IMG/VR virus record: IMGVR_UViG_3300046517_001084
Direction: 5' to 3' (one strand)
Source: an uncultured virus (IMG/VR IMGVR_UViG_3300046517_001084)
Lineage: Duplodnaviria; Heunggongvirae; Uroviricota; Caudoviricetes
Length of the DNA: 64,000 nt
Positions 43,700-52,423 of this stretch are shown here, one piece after another. Within the stretch, counting starts at the first letter, position 1. Every line of letters starts with the position of its first letter. Made by a program: the position numbers and the translations under genes. The notes beneath the pieces were generated by a model, which was not told the DNA's origin, did no database searches, and saw only the letters and a list, made by a program, of their open reading frames with translations.

Positions 43700-46264
43700 T
43701 CAGGCGTCGATACGTTCGGCGGTGTGCCAGTCGCGGTTGCGCTGGGTGAGCTTGCCGAGACGCTCCAGGCGGGCAGTCGCGTTCGCGACGTTGGCGGGCT
43801 TCAGGTCGGTGACCTCGGCGATCTGCTTGTTCCGGCGGGCGCCACCGTCGACCGCGTGCCAGACGAGCTGGGACCGGGTCGGGGGCACGAGGTCGTCGAG
43901 GTCGTCGTCTTCGACTTCCGCCGCAGCGGCGGCCGCCGAGGGCTTCAGATCGATGACCTTCGTGCCCTTCTTGTCCTTCTCCTGCTCCTTCGCGACGAGC
44001 TCGCGCAGGAAGGCTTCCTCGTCGGCGGCATCAAGGTGCCGGTACTCGTCGCGCCGAAGGTAGGCGAGCCCGGCTGGCCCTGCCTTGCATGCGGCGTCGG
44101 CCTCCTGCTGACTGATGGCGTGCAGGGGGAACTGCCGGGCGATGCGGGCGGGGTTGCTGTGGAACATCGCTCGGGAGGCGGTGTACTGGGCTTTGCCGTC
44201 GGCGATGTAGAACAGGCCGCCGGTCTCGGAGCCGTCCGGAAACCGCTCGGGCAGAGGGGTGAGCCGGTACTGGGGGGTGCGGGAGCCGAGCGACATGATG
44301 TCGATGTCGTTGCGGGCGGTCCGGAACAGGGCGATATTGCCGGACTGGAGCATGTCGCGGATCGCGTTGGCACTGGCGTCGGAGCCGATCGAGTCGAGGT
44401 TCGGGATCTGGACCCAGATGCGGGCTGCCACTCCTGCGGCCCGGGAGAGCCGGCCGACGCTGGACACGGACCGCAGCAGCGGCTTGACGTGCGGCGCCTG
44501 CGGGTTCTTGAGGACCATCTCGTTGAACTCATCCCAGGTGCAGGCCATGGGGGCGAAGGGATCGTTCATGACGAAGAAGCTGCGGCCGTTCTCGGTGTAG
44601 CCGTCGGCGTCGAGCCACTGCATCTTCATCTGCTCGGCATACCGGTACTCGCTCACCGCATTCGCGGCCTGGCCCATGAGCATCGCTCCAAAGAACGACT
44701 TGAGGAGCCAGTCCAGATCGGACAGCCACGAGGCATAGCCGGCGCCGCCCTTACCGTCGGCAAGCCAGGAGATGAATCCGTTCTTCCGCTGGGCGACTTG
44801 AAGGTCTTCCTCCAGGGAGGTCTTGCCGGCGCCGGTGGTTCCGGAGCCGAAGGAGTGCACGGCCGAGGCGGAGGGCCGCCCGGACATGCCACGTCGAGCG
44901 GGGTCGAACTTGAGCAAGCGCCAGGGGGCGCGGCTGCCGTAGATGTCCTTCCCCACGGTGATGTAGCCCTGGGCGTCCATCGTCAGGGCGTCCAAATCGA
45001 GGGGCACTCCGCCCTGGAGTGGGTTGGCGGTCATCTCGCTGACCTCGACGTGCAGGGAGTCGATCACCCTCAGGTGGAGACGAGAGGTGGCGTCTTCGCC
45101 TGCGAGGCCGAGGGCCTGGGCGATGGCGTCAGCATTCACGTCTTTCACGCCGGAGCCTTTGCGGGGCATCTCGATCTGGAAGCTGCGCCCGAAGGCGGTC
45201 TGCTCCGGCAGGATCAGCTTGGAGCCGGCGTAAGGGTTGTAGGTGTCCCACACGGCCTGGAGGTCGCTCTCGTCGAGCTCGCCAGCCTTGAGGGCCCGCA
45301 GCCGCACGGTGAGCTTGGCCCTGTTCGCGGCCATGTCGTCGGGCCGGTAGATGTTGACTGCCCGCGGCGGCACCTCGAATGCGATCGAGACCGCGTCCTG
45401 GTCGACGGCCAGGGCGGCCTTCGCCGTGGAGGACACGATGACCGCGGTCAGCTTGTCGTTGTCCAGGTCCAGGCTGATCAGCCGGGAGCCGGGCAGCGGG
45501 CCGCGGTCGCAGGCGATCCACTCCGCCCAGCGCGCCAGGTACCAGTCTTCGTCCCGCGACGACTTCGGCGTACCGGCCGCCGCCGGCTTCGGCCGACGCC
45601 ACACCCGGGAGCCCCAGGCCGCGCCCGCAGAGACGACCGTGAGGTGGGCCCACCACGGCACCTCGACGAAACCACTGGCCGGGATCGCAGCGAGTGGTCC
45701 TGCCCGCAGCGCCATCTCGGTGAACGAATAGGTGCGCCACCAGGCACTGCCCCAGTTGGGCAGCCGATGAGCCCAGGCCTTGCGGAGGAACGCGCAGCGG
45801 GCGCGGTGAGCCTCTGCGGTCGCGGCCCGCACGAGGACGGCCCGCAGGTCGTGCCGACGCCAGCCGTCGGCGATCCCGATGACGGGGACGAGCATCCCGT
45901 TGCTGCCGACAGCCGGACTGTACGAGTGATCGCGTGCCAGGCGGCGGCGCATCCGGCGGACCTGGCGGCGGTAGCCGCGCCGGCTGCTGCGGCACAGCCA
46001 CTCCCACGGCTCACCCTGACCGGGCAGCCAGCGCCACGGCCCGGGATTCATGCCCAGGGCGGTCCAGCTGGCAGCAACGCCGGTGGCTCCGAGGGTGGTC
46101 AGCAGCAGCGGGTCGCCGGTGAGGCAGCCGGAGGCGATGCCGAGCCCTGCGCCGACGTACAGGCCAGGGTTGTGGAGCTGGTCGATACGGCCACGCAGGC
46201 CGGCGTGGGCCCGCTGCGGTGCCTGGTCGGTGGGGTCGGGCTTGGCTAGGGTCGGCGTTGCCAT
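43700..46264 (-). CDS. TraB-like FtsK/SpoIIIE DNA translocase
   Basis: N-terminal hydrophobic segments, Walker A GTTGAGKT, DGKGG, Walker B WDEF, GRLSRAAGV...Q.P, C-terminal winged HTH. Confidence 0.85.
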   Translation of the reverse strand: MATPTLAKPDPTDQAPQRAHAGLRGRIDQLHNPGLYVGAGLGIASGCLTGDPLLLTTLGATGVAASWTALGMNPGPWRWLPGQGEPWEWLCRSSRRGYRRQVRRMRRRLARDHSYSPAVGSNGMLVPVIGIADGWRRHDLRAVLVRAATAEAHRARCAFLRKAWAHRLPNWGSAWWRTYSFTEMALRAGPLAAIPASGFVEVPWWAHLTVVSAGAAWGSRVWRRPKPAAAGTPKSSRDEDWYLARWAEWIACDRGPLPGSRLISLDLDNDKLTAVIVSSTAKAALAVDQDAVSIAFEVPPRAVNIYRPDDMAANRAKLTVRLRALKAGELDESDLQAVWDTYNPYAGSKLILPEQTAFGRSFQIEMPRKGSGVKDVNADAIAQALGLAGEDATSRLHLRVIDSLHVEVSEMTANPLQGGVPLDLDALTMDAQGYITVGKDIYGSRAPWRLLKFDPARRGMSGRPSASAVHSFGSGTTGAGKTSLEEDLQVAQRKNGFISWLADGKGGAGYASWLSDLDWLLKSFFGAMLMGQAANAVSEYRYAEQMKMQWLDADGYTENGRSFFVMNDPFAPMACTWDEFNEMVLKNPQAPHVKPLLRSVSSVGRLSRAAGVAARIWVQIPNLDSIGSDASANAIRDMLQSGNIALFRTARNDIDIMSLGSRTPQYRLTPLPERFPDGSETGGLFYIADGKAQYTASRAMFHSNPARIARQFPLHAISQQEADAACKAGPAGLAYLRRDEYRHLDAADEEAFLRELVAKEQEKDKKGTKVIDLKPSAAAAAAEVEDDDLDDLVPPTRSQLVWHAVDGGARRNKQIAEVTDLKPANVANATARLERLGKLTQRNRDWHTAERIDA

Positions 46265-46332
46265 CCGGTCTGCTCCAAGTCTGGGGTGGTGAAGGGCGGG
46301 GCCGGGCTAGGGCCCCGCCCTTCGTGATGCGC

Positions 46333-46731
46333 CTACTGGCGCTTGATGAATTCGCGGTCGGCCATCTGCACGCTGTGGGTGCGGTTGGCGTCGGCCATCC
46401 GCCCGTGCTGCGCCCTGGTCTCCGCTTCGAGGCCTTCGGCGGAAGCGGTGAGGGCGTCTGCTGCGGAGACGATGGAGCCGACGTTGTCGGCCGCGGCGGT
46501 CCCCAGGCGGGAAATCTCCATGTAGGCGGTGGCGGTGGGCTCGTCGACCTTCAGGCGGGTCATGGCCTCGGACAGGTACTTCGCTGAGTCGGCCCGGTCC
46601 TCGTAGCGGGTCTTCATCCGCTCGACGGCCGCTTTGGTGCGGTTAGATCGGATGCCGTATGCGGCGGCCCTGGCCAGGACTTCGGCGACCGTGACGACGG
46701 ATGTGGAACGGGTGGTTTCGTTCACGGTCAA
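46333..46731 (-). CDS. Helical transfer-region protein
   Basis: 132 aa Ala-rich amphipathic helices; GTGA overlap with the upstream gene. Confidence 0.7.
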   Translation of the reverse strand: MTVNETTRSTSVVTVAEVLARAAAYGIRSNRTKAAVERMKTRYEDRADSAKYLSEAMTRLKVDEPTATAYMEISRLGTAAADNVGSIVSAADALTASAEGLEAETRAQHGRMADANRTHSVQMADREFIKRQ

Positions 46732-47912
46732 GCCACCGCTTTCGTCTCGTAGATCTCGGTGTGCGCGGCGGTGTCTTCGGCGTCGACGGCATCGGAGATG
46801 TACGCCTGACGCTCTGCGACGTCTTCCATGTCCTTGCCGATGTCGGCGTAGACGCCCTGGCCTGCTTCGAGGAGCGCCTTGGCTTTCACGACGGCCTCGC
46901 CCTGGGCGATGGTGTTGGCCTTGAGGTCGTCGACCTGGCCGTAGATGACGCTGTAGTTCTCCTTACAGCGGACAACCCAGGCGATGACGGTCGGCCCGAA
47001 GCCGGCGTCGCGCATCTGGGCGATCAGCGTGTCGCCGCGTCCGATCTCGCGCTCGGCTCGGTCGCGGATGCGGTCGTAGACCCGGCTGTCGTCGTCGCAC
47101 ATGATCGACAGCTCGTCGCTCTCGTCCATGACGGATTCGTAGGTGACTTCTGCGGCCATCCGGCCAACTCCTTCTCCGGCTGCTGCCGGGTCGGTGTCCT
47201 GCGTGGGCTGTTCTTCGGTGGGTTCGGTGGCGGCGGGTTCTCCCGCGGCGGCAGTCGGCTTGGGCTGATCTGCCGTACTCCCGGGGTCCGTTGCGGGCTC
47301 GGGCTGCGCGACAACCGGAGGGACATCTGGGGCTGCCGTCTCGGGCTCGACTGTCGGTTCAGGCGTGGGCGCCGGCTCGGGCTCGGACTTCGTGAGCGGC
47401 ACCTTCTTGTCGCCTGCGTTGCCGCCGGATTTGTCGGCGCCTTCTGTTGATGCCTCAGGGACAGTTGGCGGCACCGGAATGAGCACCGGCGCCGGGTCGG
47501 CGTGCCCCTTGGCGCGACGGCGCTTGCGGTACTCGCGCACTGCGCCTTTACCGGTGTCCTCGGCCCAGGCCACGCCGCGCGCCGCCCACCCGCCGACGTG
47601 ACGGCCAACCGGGGTCGCCACCCGCTCGATCGGGGTGTGGCCGCGGTAGCCCGACCGGAACGCCTCCGGCAGCGTGAGCACCGGGGGCGTCTCCGGCGCG
47701 GCCGGCTCCTTCTTCAACGAGACGGCCGGCGCGCTCCCGCCGGGTACGAGTTCGCCGTGCTTCTCGGCGATCCGGCGGACCGCTTTCTCATGGCGGGTGG
47801 ACTCGCGCAGGATGTCGCGCTGCGCCGGAGACAGCCCCATTTTCGACTGCTCGCTCTGCGCGCCTGCGGTGTGGACGAGCCACGCGCAGGCTGCGATGAG
47901 CAGGATCTCCAC
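46728..47912 (-). CDS. Transfer-region protein: hydrophobic N-terminus, Pro/Glu linker, helical C-terminal domain
   Basis: AAGGAGG RBS before GTG; second in-frame RBS+ATG at 47159. Confidence 0.7.
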   Translation of the reverse strand: MEILLIAACAWLVHTAGAQSEQSKMGLSPAQRDILRESTRHEKAVRRIAEKHGELVPGGSAPAVSLKKEPAAPETPPVLTLPEAFRSGYRGHTPIERVATPVGRHVGGWAARGVAWAEDTGKGAVREYRKRRRAKGHADPAPVLIPVPPTVPEASTEGADKSGGNAGDKKVPLTKSEPEPAPTPEPTVEPETAAPDVPPVVAQPEPATDPGSTADQPKPTAAAGEPAATEPTEEQPTQDTDPAAAGEGVGRMAAEVTYESVMDESDELSIMCDDDSRVYDRIRDRAEREIGRGDTLIAQMRDAGFGPTVIAWVVRCKENYSVIYGQVDDLKANTIAQGEAVVKAKALLEAGQGVYADIGKDMEDVAERQAYISDAVDAEDTAAHTEIYETKAVA

Positions 47913-48028
47913 TAGTTCCTCCTTACGATCCGTAACTGGGCTGGGTGAACGGCTGGGTTGTGCGCGCACGTGCGCGCGTAGCACGCGACGAGTTCATTTG
48001 TCTTCGGGGTGAATGAACGGGTGAACGA

Positions 48029-48217
48029 TCACGTGGTGTAGCGGTCGGTGATGGGCTGAAGAGCCTCAGCGACCTCGGCCCACATGCGGTTGGCGATCAC
48101 CGGGTCGAGGCCGCGCGAGATGCTGCGCAGCCGATCCACCCGGCGGATCGCACCAGCCTTCGGTGATCGCCGATCCAGCCGCTTGATCTCCTTCGGCCAG
48201 TACGTGGAACCGCTCAC
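48029..48217 (-). CDS. Small basic hypothetical protein
   Basis: GGGAG RBS; 62 aa. Confidence 0.55.
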   Translation of the reverse strand: MSGSTYWPKEIKRLDRRSPKAGAIRRVDRLRSISRGLDPVIANRMWAEVAEALQPITDRYTT

Positions 48218-48274
48218 GGTCGTCGATCTCCCATCGTCGAGGGCAAGTTGGGCACCGGGCTCGATCTCCTTTCC

Positions 48275-49864
48275 TCAGCTGCCGGTGATGGCTCGGACGT
48301 TCTCGGACCCGAGCGCGGCGAGCTCCGGGTGTTCGGTCTCTATGGCGTCTCGGACTCGCTGGCACGAGGACCGAGAGATGGTCTTGTCGGCGAGCTTTGC
48401 GGCGACGAGCGCGTCGCGGATGTCGGTCCATTCGGGCCGCTTACCGAGCTCGCGGTAGAGCTGGAGGACGCGCTCGGTGCGGCGCTCGGTGAGCGTCTTG
48501 GGCGCGCTCACTCGGGCGCGCTTTTTGGGCTTGGACTGGGCGCGGTGAGCGCGCTCACTCTTGGGGGTCTGGGCGCGCTCATCCGGGCGCTCAGCGGGCG
48601 CGCTCGGTGAGCGCTCCGAAGCGCTCACAGCGGGCGCCTCTTCCGGCTGCTCAGCGGGCGCCTGAGCGCGCTCACCGTGAGCGCCGGAATCCGCGTCCTG
48701 CACGGCCGGAGCGGGCGCCTCGACGGGCACCTGCTGGCGCTCGCGCCGCCAAGATCGACGGGCCCGCGGCGGCGCTGTGATCCGGTGGATCCGGAGCATC
48801 ACCCAGGGCGCGATCGCGGCGACGGCGGCGATCAGCCACCACTCCGGCCTGAGCGTCCCGTCAGAGTCGGAGCGGACACCGAACAGACCGGCCGCAGCCA
48901 GGTGGTAGACGGCGTTCGCGGCGACCATGAGGATCAGCGCGGGGAACACGTCACGGTGCCGGCGCAAGGCTTGGACGACGTACACGTCGATGCCGAGCGG
49001 CAGCAGCCAGGCGATGCCCGCGTACCAGCCGGCGAGTTGGGCGAGCGAGTACTCCCCGGAGGCGGTCAGGCCGATCACGGCTCCAAGAGCGATGCGCGGC
49101 GACCAGTCGTCGATCTGCTCGTCTCGGCGCTGCTTCTTCGTGGTGCGGGCCTGAATGCTGTCGAGGTACTGCTGGGCTTCGTCCCGGATGCGCTGTGCGT
49201 CGATCTGGGCGGCGGCCGAGCTTCGTGCGCTGAGGCTCTTCCCCTCGGCGACGATCCGCTCCGCCTCGGCCTTCGCGGCGACGACCGCCTGCTGCGCCTC
49301 CTCTGCCGCGGCTGCGGCCTCGGCAAGCTTCTTCCTGGCCTGGCCGGATGCCTCCGCAAGGATGTTGGAGGCTTCGTCTGCCGCGTCGCCGATGATGCGG
49401 TCTGCCCGGGCTCGGGCGTTCTCCGCCACCAGCTCGGCGTCCCTGCGGGCCAGGTCGCGGACTTCGTCGGCTTGAGTCTGCGCCGTCTTCTCGATGCGCT
49501 GGGCTGCTAGTTCGGCCTCGGCTTGCCGGTCGACGGCTTCCGTCTCGACGTCAGTTCGGATGCGGCTGGCCCTCTGCTGGGCTTCCTCGACGACCCGAGT
49601 CGCCTCCCCTTCAGCGTCAGCGAGCAGCTGTGCGGCCTGTACCGATGCGGCCTCACGGACCTGCTCCTGCTGCTCCTGTGCTGCCCGCACGATCTCCATC
49701 ACCCGCTCCTGAGAGGCGGCAAGCACCAGGTCGGCTTCCCGGCGGGCATCGGCAAGCAGGGCTGCGGCTGCCTCGCTCTGCACCGAGCCAACAGACTGGG
49801 TCACCTGCATTGCAGGGGTGGCAACAGGCTTCGGGAGGGGCTTGGGGGTGCGGCGGCGGGCCAC
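48275..49864 (-). CDS. Coiled-coil + DUF2637/Spd-like membrane domain + C-terminal HTH-like protein
   Basis: Long Ala/Glu/Gln coiled coil; TASGEY.LA.LAGW...AWLLP..ID.Y; three to four TM; Pro/Arg linker. Confidence 0.75.
   Translation of the reverse strand: MARRRTPKPLPKPVATPAMQVTQSVGSVQSEAAAALLADARREADLVLAASQERVMEIVRAAQEQQEQVREAASVQAAQLLADAEGEATRVVEEAQQRASRIRTDVETEAVDRQAEAELAAQRIEKTAQTQADEVRDLARRDAELVAENARARADRIIGDAADEASNILAEASGQARKKLAEAAAAAEEAQQAVVAAKAEAERIVAEGKSLSARSSAAAQIDAQRIRDEAQQYLDSIQARTTKKQRRDEQIDDWSPRIALGAVIGLTASGEYSLAQLAGWYAGIAWLLPLGIDVYVVQALRRHRDVFPALILMVAANAVYHLAAAGLFGVRSDSDGTLRPEWWLIAAVAAIAPWVMLRIHRITAPPRARRSWRRERQQVPVEAPAPAVQDADSGAHGERAQAPAEQPEEAPAVSASERSPSAPAERPDERAQTPKSERAHRAQSKPKKRARVSAPKTLTERRTERVLQLYRELGKRPEWTDIRDALVAAKLADKTISRSSCQRVRDAIETEHPELAALGSENVRAITGS
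48470..48684. repeat. Intragenic array of GAGCGC/GCGCTC motifs
   Basis: 14 copies by hand count in both orientations, including palindromes GTGAGCGCGCTCAC (48545-48558) and TGAGCGCGCTCA (48663-48674). Confidence 0.75.
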
Positions 49865-49933
49865 GATGCCAGCCTCCTTTCAGGGTTGGGTCAGACCCGG
49901 TGCAAGTAACGGGCCATGGCGTCTTGCAGCAGG

Positions 49934-50323
49934 TCATGGGTCGCGCGGGCTGCGGTTGACGACGGGCTGGTTGATGTCGCGGTGGTGCACGGTGACTTGG
50001 TGACCGCGGCGACGAAGGCGCCGGGCGAGCTGATCAGCGACGGACGCGCTTCGATGCCTGCCGCCAGCACAGCCGACAGCGATGACGAGCGGCGTGCCGA
50101 CGATGGTGAAGGCCACGGCCTGCCTGGTCGTGGCATGCAGCAAGCGGCGAACGCCCGGGGTGCGCAGTACCGCCCTTTGCACAGCCCGGTCGACAGCGGT
50201 GAGCTGCCGCAAGGCCGGATCCACGTGCGGGTCGCGGAACGCTTCCCGCAGATCAAGGACGATGTGAGCCTCGGGAGCGGGAGCATGAAGGAAACCGAAC
50301 GACACGATCTCCACGGCAGCCAT
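49934..50323 (-). CDS. Stand-alone RapZ C-terminal-like domain protein
   Basis: SFGFLH, D.R..FRDP...LR.LT..D, IAVGCAGGRHRS, HRD. Confidence 0.8.
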   Translation of the reverse strand: MAAVEIVSFGFLHAPAPEAHIVLDLREAFRDPHVDPALRQLTAVDRAVQRAVLRTPGVRRLLHATTRQAVAFTIVGTPLVIAVGCAGGRHRSASVADQLARRLRRRGHQVTVHHRDINQPVVNRSPRDP

Positions 50324-50475
50324 CACTTCACCGCCCCGTCGTCGCCGACGTCGTGCGACCCGGCCGGGCACTGGTTGGTCCAGCCGCGGTGAACAGGGCA
50401 GACGTCCGGCAGCTCGTAGCCGAGCGCATGCCACCCGCCGTCAGACATCGGCAGGGGCTCCGTCGCGGTGGCCAT
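50323..50475 (-). CDS. Small hypothetical protein (C.VH...C..SH)
   Basis: TGATG coupling on both sides. Confidence 0.45.
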   Translation of the reverse strand: MATATEPLPMSDGGWHALGYELPDVCPVHRGWTNQCPAGSHDVGDDGAVK

Positions 50476-50732
50476 CACGAATCACCGCGCTGCGCGAGGA
50501 ACGCCTCAACGTCCGCGACCATCCGGGCCGCAGGCCCATCGGTGGCGTCGGGCTCAGCGAGCAGGACCAGGAGGCGTTCCACGTCCTGCGTGGACAGCAC
50601 GAGCTCCCCGACCGGGTCGCCGCTGATCGTGCGGAGGCTCATACGGGCAATCCGGTCCGTGTCCGGCCCCATCGCCTTCAGCGCCCGGTACAACTCGATG
50701 ACACGCATCGCCGAGTGATCCAACGCCGCCAT
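50475..50732 (-). CDS. Hypothetical protein
   Basis: TGATG-coupled within the operon. Confidence 0.6.
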   Translation of the reverse strand: MAALDHSAMRVIELYRALKAMGPDTDRIARMSLRTISGDPVGELVLSTQDVERLLVLLAEPDATDGPAARMVADVEAFLAQRGDS

Positions 50733-51016
50733 CAGGCCACCGCCGGAGTACTGATGCCGCGGATCTCGTCCATCAGCCGCGGGCCGCCACGGTGCGCGTC
50801 ATCGAAGATGATCGCGTCGACGATCACCTCAGACATACGGTTCTCGTCGCCCACCGCCCAAGCCGCACGGAACTCGGTGAACAGACGATCCGCAAGGGCG
50901 TCGGCACGCAGCTCGACGGCCGTCGGAGCCGGGGCGCCGAGGACGCGACGCAGAGGCTCGCGGGCGGCGGCAGAAACGAGGGGGGTGGAGGTCTCAGAAG
51001 GAACCGTGAACATCAA
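50732..51016 (-). CDS. Hypothetical protein
   Basis: Coupled within the operon; GAGG RBS. Confidence 0.6.
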   Translation of the reverse strand: MMFTVPSETSTPLVSAAAREPLRRVLGAPAPTAVELRADALADRLFTEFRAAWAVGDENRMSEVIVDAIIFDDAHRGGPRLMDEIRGISTPAVA

Positions 51017-51315
51017 GCCACCTCTTCAGACGGGGGGTCCATCGACTTCAGGACGGACTCGGGAATGCGGAGCGCGCCAGCTGCGCGATCTCCGGTGGAG
51101 AGCTGCGATCGGCGCAGGTGCTCGTCCACGGCGGACTGTGGGATACGCAGGCCGCGAGGGCGGACCTTTCCCTGGCCGTGCCGGTGGCTCCGGAGTTCTC
51201 CGCTGCGAGCCAGTCGATAGACCGCCGTCAGCGAGAGGTTGAGGGCTTCGGCCACCTCGGCAGCTCCGAGCATCCGCTCGACGGTGGAGGTCGTGGCCTG
51301 GGTGCTGTCGCTCAT
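51013..51315 (-). CDS. Excisionase-like HTH_17 protein
   Basis: ML...EVAE.LNLS...VYRL..SGEL.S.R.G...LRIP.SAV. Confidence 0.8.
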   Translation of the reverse strand: MSDSTQATTSTVERMLGAAEVAEALNLSLTAVYRLARSGELRSHRHGQGKVRPRGLRIPQSAVDEHLRRSQLSTGDRAAGALRIPESVLKSMDPPSEEVA

Positions 51316-51365
51316 GTCTCTCCCTTCGCGCATAGCTGGGTGGAGGTTCCGAAGTGCAGAACCTG

Positions 51366-51422
51366 TATAGGACCACTTAAGCAGCTTGGGCAGCTCAGAA
51401 CAACTATTGGTCTAGGACCAAT
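51366..51422. promoter_or_regulatory. GntR/HutC-type operators upstream of the xis/transfer operon
   Basis: ATTGGTC-TAG-GACCAAT (51406-51422) and TATAGGACCA (51366-51375). Confidence 0.7.
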
Positions 51423-51433
51423 CTTCGGGACAC

Positions 51434-51465
51434 AAAAAAGGCCCCCACCTTGCGGTGGGGGCTTC
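51434..51465 (-). terminator. Intrinsic terminator after the GntR gene
   Basis: GCCCCCACC-GCAA-GGTGGGGGC then C and T6 on the minus strand. Confidence 0.8.
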
Positions 51466-51483
51466 ACGCAGGATGCTCGCAGG

Positions 51484-52242
51484 TCAGGACGGGAATGTGT
51501 AGATCAGCGTGTAGCTGTCCGAGTCGAGCATCATCTCGTTGACTTCGACGGGGCGATCTTCCGAGTCGAAGGCTGTGCGCATGATGAAGACGACAGGCGT
51601 ACTCATCGTGATGCCGAGAGTCTTGGCCTCCGCAGAGAGCGGTAGGCGAATCTTGATCTCCTCGCGATAGCGCGCTGGACCGTGCCCGATCTCATCCAGA
51701 CGCGCATACGATCCGCCGGGCCCGGTGTCCTGCTGAGTGATCGCCGTACCCTCCACCAGGTCTGCGGGATACCAGGATGTCGCCTGCTGGATCTTGCGCC
51801 CCTCGGACTGGAACACCCTGCTGCGCATCCAGGCCTTCTTGCCACTGATCCCCAGCGTTCCAGCGATCTCGTCTGGCGGGGTCACCTCCTTGACGGTGAC
51901 CTCCTCGCTCCGATCGCGGCCACCCAGGTCCTTGTCCCAGATGGCGCGTCCAACTCCCCAGTGTTTCTTGGCGAGTCGCTCGCCGGCGTCGCGCTTGATG
52001 CGCCGGAATGATCGGAGATACACACCTGAGCCTCCCCGGGATTCCACGAGGTCTTCGGCGCGCAGGACCTGGATGGCGTCCCGCACCGTGTTGCGCGCGG
52101 TGTCGAACTCCTCCGAGAGTTCTCTCTCGCTCGGCAGCTTGCGGCTGTCGCTGTACGTACCGGATTCGATCCGCGCGCGCAGCTCATCCGCGATCTGTTC
52201 GTAGCGCGGCTTCTTGCTCTGCGCTGGATCCGTCACGGCCAT
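51484..52242 (-). CDS. GntR/HutC-family repressor with UTRA domain (Kor-like)
   Basis: PRYEQIA..LR..I..G...LPSERELS..F..AR.TVR.AI..L; DTGPGG.YARL; RPVEVNEM. Confidence 0.92.
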   Translation of the reverse strand: MAVTDPAQSKKPRYEQIADELRARIESGTYSDSRKLPSERELSEEFDTARNTVRDAIQVLRAEDLVESRGGSGVYLRSFRRIKRDAGERLAKKHWGVGRAIWDKDLGGRDRSEEVTVKEVTPPDEIAGTLGISGKKAWMRSRVFQSEGRKIQQATSWYPADLVEGTAITQQDTGPGGSYARLDEIGHGPARYREEIKIRLPLSAEAKTLGITMSTPVVFIMRTAFDSEDRPVEVNEMMLDSDSYTLIYTFPS

Positions 52243-52336
52243 ACCTCCTCAGGTCTTTGAGCGACCAAGATACCGGTCTACCTGCCCTGATTGATCGGTC
52301 GTGTACCGCGCCTACAGCTCGGCCAACTCAGACACC

Positions 52337-52354
52337 TTGACAACTGGTCCTATA
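52337..52354 (+). promoter_or_regulatory. TTGACA -35 box followed by the same operator half-site TGGTCCTATA
   Basis: Exact reverse complement of 51366-51375, in the divergent intergenic region. Confidence 0.6.
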
Positions 52355-52423
52355 CCGGTGGACGCTCCTGTCTAGAACGACCGCGCAGCGTAAGCGGCTG
52401 TCAACGGAGGGCGCATGCATTCA

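Noticed and set aside
43724..46249. 841-aa plus-strand ORF
   Set aside because: Antisense mirror of the TraB-like gene
43700..47159. Bona fide type VII secretion system
   Set aside because: A single ATPase domain with C-terminal wHTH fits TraB; no EccB/D, mycosin or WxG motif
49934..50323. Host rapZ gene marking a prophage boundary
   Set aside because: Only the C-terminal domain is present, and the usual uvrC/whiA neighbours are absent
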